A DNA stretch of 64,000 nt from the human T2T-CHM13v2.0 reference genome, Homo sapiens: assembly GCF_009914755.1 (NCBI RefSeq), contig NC_060926.1, one strand, 5' to 3'. The notes beneath the pieces were generated by a model. The model made no database searches and was not told the DNA's origin. It saw only the letters and a program-made list of their open reading frames with translations. Positions 58,561 to 64,000 of this stretch are shown one piece after another. Position 1 is the stretch's first letter, and each line of letters opens with the position of its first letter. The position numbers were made by a program, and so were the translations under genes.

Positions 58561-58772
58561 ATATAAATAAAACACTAGTCTTCAACTTTTTAAGATAAAT
58601 GAGCTTTATATTTTGTAGAGACAATCTGGACAATAGATAATGAATCCAAAAGATTCAGCAGAGCAGAAATAGGACTGATGGCATAATTCATAATTTTTTA
58701 AAAAAATCAATTATGATAAAAGTTCTATGAGCAAGATACTTTTCTATTTCCTATTGGGCCTCTCGGGGGTTT

Positions 58773-58825
<53 letters not shown>

Positions 58826-58830
58826 CTATA
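58773..58830. repeat. (TATATG)n microsatellite
   Basis: Direct reading; about 8 units. Confidence 0.95.
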
Positions 58831-59895
58831 TAGGTTCAAAGGAAGGAGAGAATATACATATACAGGTATATAATAGGTTAGTCTTCCAGGAGATTTCAAT
58901 ATAAAATGTGATGTAATTATATATATGTATAAATAATTAATCAAGCCTTTATCATGATTATCATATGAATGGTAGTACTAGAATTACTATTAAAGTGCAG
59001 AGGAAGGAGAGAATCTCATGGTCTATAGTAAGTTGAGCAAATTTCATTAATGTTGTTTATGATTGTAGAAGTGTCCATGGTTTCCAGAAAGATTCAGAAG
59101 CATGAGCAAAACATGTAAAGAAAAAGTATAAGACTTCTTCAAATGGTAAGTAGTAGAAATGTCTTACGGGTGTAGAGGTTTAAAGAATGTAAGCAGTTGG
59201 AGGCTAAGTTGAAAGGGAAATGGGGCCAGGCACCATAGTGTAGTATTTAATATCTTAATATTATCATTTGTGGTTCATTTGTCTCCTCTCCTAGATTGTA
59301 AAGTCCTTGATAACAGAGAGTCTGCCTTTCATCTAGTCCAGATGCCTAGCATGGTGCCTTGCTTCCTTAACCACCTACTGTTCAATTATTCAAGTTTATA
59401 CACAAGATACCTGAACTAATGGCATTTTCAGACTTAAGAGATAAAAACAAGTAAGTAAGTAATTACAATATAAAATGGCATGTCTTATGATAAGGGAGAT
59501 ACTGGGTGAAGTGCTAAAAAAATATGAGGGGTGTTTTGGAAGATTCCCTGAAGTAAATTGCATGTAAGTTGAGGCCTACATGCTAAGTAGAAATGTATCA
59601 GGCTGAGAGGAATAAAGATTTATCTAAAAGGAAGAATAGCATGTGAGAGAAGTCCAAAACTGAGAAAGTACATGGTATAATCAGGAAACTAGAAGTTTGG
59701 GATGACAAGAACATCGATTTTAAGGAAGGCGGGGGAGGTGGGGAGGTGGTGAGGTGGGAAAGGCTACAGAAGCTCATAAACTATGTTAAGGAGTTTAGAA
59801 ATTACCATGAGTAATAAGGAATCACTGAAGGATTAGGAAACTGACATAGATTAGACATGTAGGGGAAACGAGAATGGAAACAGCAAAGTCCTTGA

Positions 59896-60183
<288 letters not shown>

Positions 60184-61325
60184 TAATTGTGGACAACTTT
60201 ATCATTTTAGATAATAAAAAATTATCTGAGCTTTTGCTGTTTGCTTATACTTTTTCTTGGAAGAGTAGATGAGGTCACACGCTGAGAATTAAGCAGGAGG
60301 TGGCACAGTCAGAGTTTTACAGAGTGCAATGTTAGAAATAACCCTTGTGGAGAACACAAATGACAGCTGAGTCAGGAAACCTTGAAGTATTTCTGGGAAG
60401 TTTGAAAATAAAAATGCACAGTGGTCTCAATTTCCACATTTGTATGATATTTTTTCTCCAGCAGTGCAATAAAAAAGAAGGGACTAGCTCACAGATGGAT
60501 TAATCAAGGACTGGGGAACTCAATAATTGTTTGAAAGAATAAAGGAATAAAGGAATAAATGAAGCAATAAAGTGTATGAGACATTGGGCTTTAGTGAAAA
60601 ATAATGATCTGTAGAAAATGAGATACCACTGAAAATTATAATGACTTGAATAAAACAACAGTTTAGAAAGATATGTCTGGTGGCAGTGTGAAAGAAAGAT
60701 TGGAAATACGTATAGGATGTACAGGGATTAGTTAGGTGGTTATTGAATAGTTCTTATGTGAAATAAGAAATTTCTGAAGGTACTACTAGGAATGGAAAAA
60801 GAAAGATAGCTCTATTTTTATTCCCAAATTTTTGTTAGGAAAATTCCCACGCACAAAGCGTAGTTAAAAGATTTCCTCTAAAAGCTTTACGATTTTAGCT
60901 TTTATGATTAGAACTATGATCTAACTCAAATTATTTTTGTGTGTAGTATAAACAGAAGTAGAGTTACATGTATTATTTTCCATGAGATATTCAGTTATTA
61001 TGTCAACATTTGTGAAAAGACTTTTTTCCACCTTGGCTTGTTTTGGAACACTTGTCAAAAATCAAAATGATTGATTAAGTGTTTATTTCTAGTCTTGCTG
61101 TTTCATTGATCTACATGTGAATCCTTGTGCCAGTACCACACTTTTAATTATTAAAGTTTTAAAATAAGTCTTGAAATCAAGCAGTGTAAAATTATCCGGC
61201 TCTATCCTTTTTAAAGATTGCTTCGATGAGTCTAGGTCCTTTGCATTTCCAAAAAAATTTAAAACCAACATGTCAATTTCTACAAAAAATTATACATTTA
61301 ACATTGTATTCAGGGACTTCACTAA

Positions 61326-62364
<1,039 letters not shown>

Positions 62365-63109
62365 AAAAATGTTCAATACCTTATAGTAGGCATGTTGATA
62401 GTGATAGGAAAAGAAAATTCTATTCTTGGATTGCTGAAATATTAATCATCATGTGTTAAATTTTGTCAAGTTCTTTTTCTATGTGCCTTTTGAAATGTTC
62501 ATATACTTTTAAAACTCTTAATAGAGTTAAGTATATTGTATAATAATTTTCACATTTAAAGTCAACCTTGCTTTCCTAAGCTAAATTTTTTTTTATTATA
62601 ATGTGTTACCTTCCTCTGTATTAAAAGATTTGGCTTGCTAATGTTGTGTAAAAATTTTATGTCTATGTTTATAAAGGCTATTTGCCATTGTTACTATTAT
62701 TAAAATTATTTGCAATGTCTCTGTCAGATCTTGGTATTAGGGTTATACTGGCCTCATAAAATGAATTGGGATATATTTTCTTCCTCCCTTTTTTCTGATA
62801 GAGTTTGTGTAAGATTTTAATGTCTTCCTTAAATGTTTAATAAAATTAGCCAATTAAGTCATTTTGCTCAGAGTTTTCTTTTTGGGAAGATCTGAAATAA
62901 CAAATTTAACATCTTTAATCGATACAAGAGAGATAACATCTTTAAAAGATACAAGAATATTCAGATTTTATTTCATCTGGAGTTAGTTTTGCTAAATCAT
63001 ATTATTCAATGAATTTGTACATTGAATTTGTACATTGTACATTTGTACTTGTACATTGTACAAGTGTATAAACTTGTTTACAACACTCTCCTATTTTCCT
63101 TTTAATGGG

Positions 63110-63300
63110 CAATGCTGCCCAATTGAACTTTCTGTAATAATGGAAATATTCTACATCGGCATTGCCCAATCTGGTAACTAATAGCCATATGTGGCTACTG
63201 AGGACTTGAAATGAGACTGTGACTAAGAAACTGAATTTTGTTTAATTTTAGTTAATTTAAATAGCCGTATGTAGTTGGGGCAAACCATGATGGGTAGTAA
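63110..63300. mobile_element. MER3-like hAT DNA transposon relic
   Basis: gctgcccaattgaactttctgtaataatggaaatattcta...tagccatatgtggctactgag..cttgaaatg motif. Confidence 0.75.
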
Positions 63301-63552
63301 AGATTTGTAAGTTTCTAGGGATAACTCCCCTTTTATTCCTGGGGCTAAAAATCTATGTTCCCTCTATCTTTGTCTTCATTAACTTAGTTAGGAGTTTATT
63401 AATTTTATTAGTTTCAAAAAACCAAATGTTGGATTTGTTAACATTCTCTATTACTTGTTTTCAATTTTATTAATTTCTGTTGTTATGTTCATTATTTCAG
63501 TTCTTCTCATTCTGCCATTCTCATTCTCATTCTCCTCTTCTCTTTATAATAG

Positions 63553-63790
<238 letters not shown>

Positions 63791-64000
63791 TAAAGCACTA
63801 AATTTCTCTCTAAGCAATACTTTATCTACATCCATCAAATTATACCTTTTTCCATTTAAAATATTTCTGATTTGCCTTATGGTTTCTTCTTTGATCAATA
63901 CACCATTTAGAATTGTTGTTTAATTGGCAAATATTGAAGTTGTCATTGATTTCTTATCGTTATGCTTTAAAACTTTTCCATTGTGGTGAGAGACTATTTC

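Overview
AT-rich primate (most likely human; a young AluYa5-type element is present) genomic DNA from inside the very large LRP1B gene (LDL-receptor-related protein 1B), transcribed on the minus strand. Three short coding exons can be delimited by canonical splice sites: 30946-30827 (EGF-like), 23653-23525 (calcium-binding EGF-like) and 5736-5479 (start of the first YWTD beta-propeller). They probably correspond to exons 4, 5 and 6; the numbering is from memory. The remainder is intronic and dominated by L1, L2, MIR, Alu, LTR and DNA-transposon relics, and nearly all ORFs in the supplied track are repeat-derived or chance ORFs. I found no convincing new multi-gene system. The most notable non-routine structures are: a TSD-flanked ~860-bp processed retrocopy resembling the C2orf27A/B family; a 188-bp locally templated duplicate that brackets the in-frame exon 5; a head-to-head inverted Alu pair 29 bp apart that includes the AluYa5; a 20-bp-stem hairpin that pairs fully only on the LRP1B sense strand; an 85-bp compound VNTR near exon 6; a candidate 103-nt poison exon; and two L1s with 5' inversions. 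Repeat subfamily names and most repeat boundaries are by eye and approximate.
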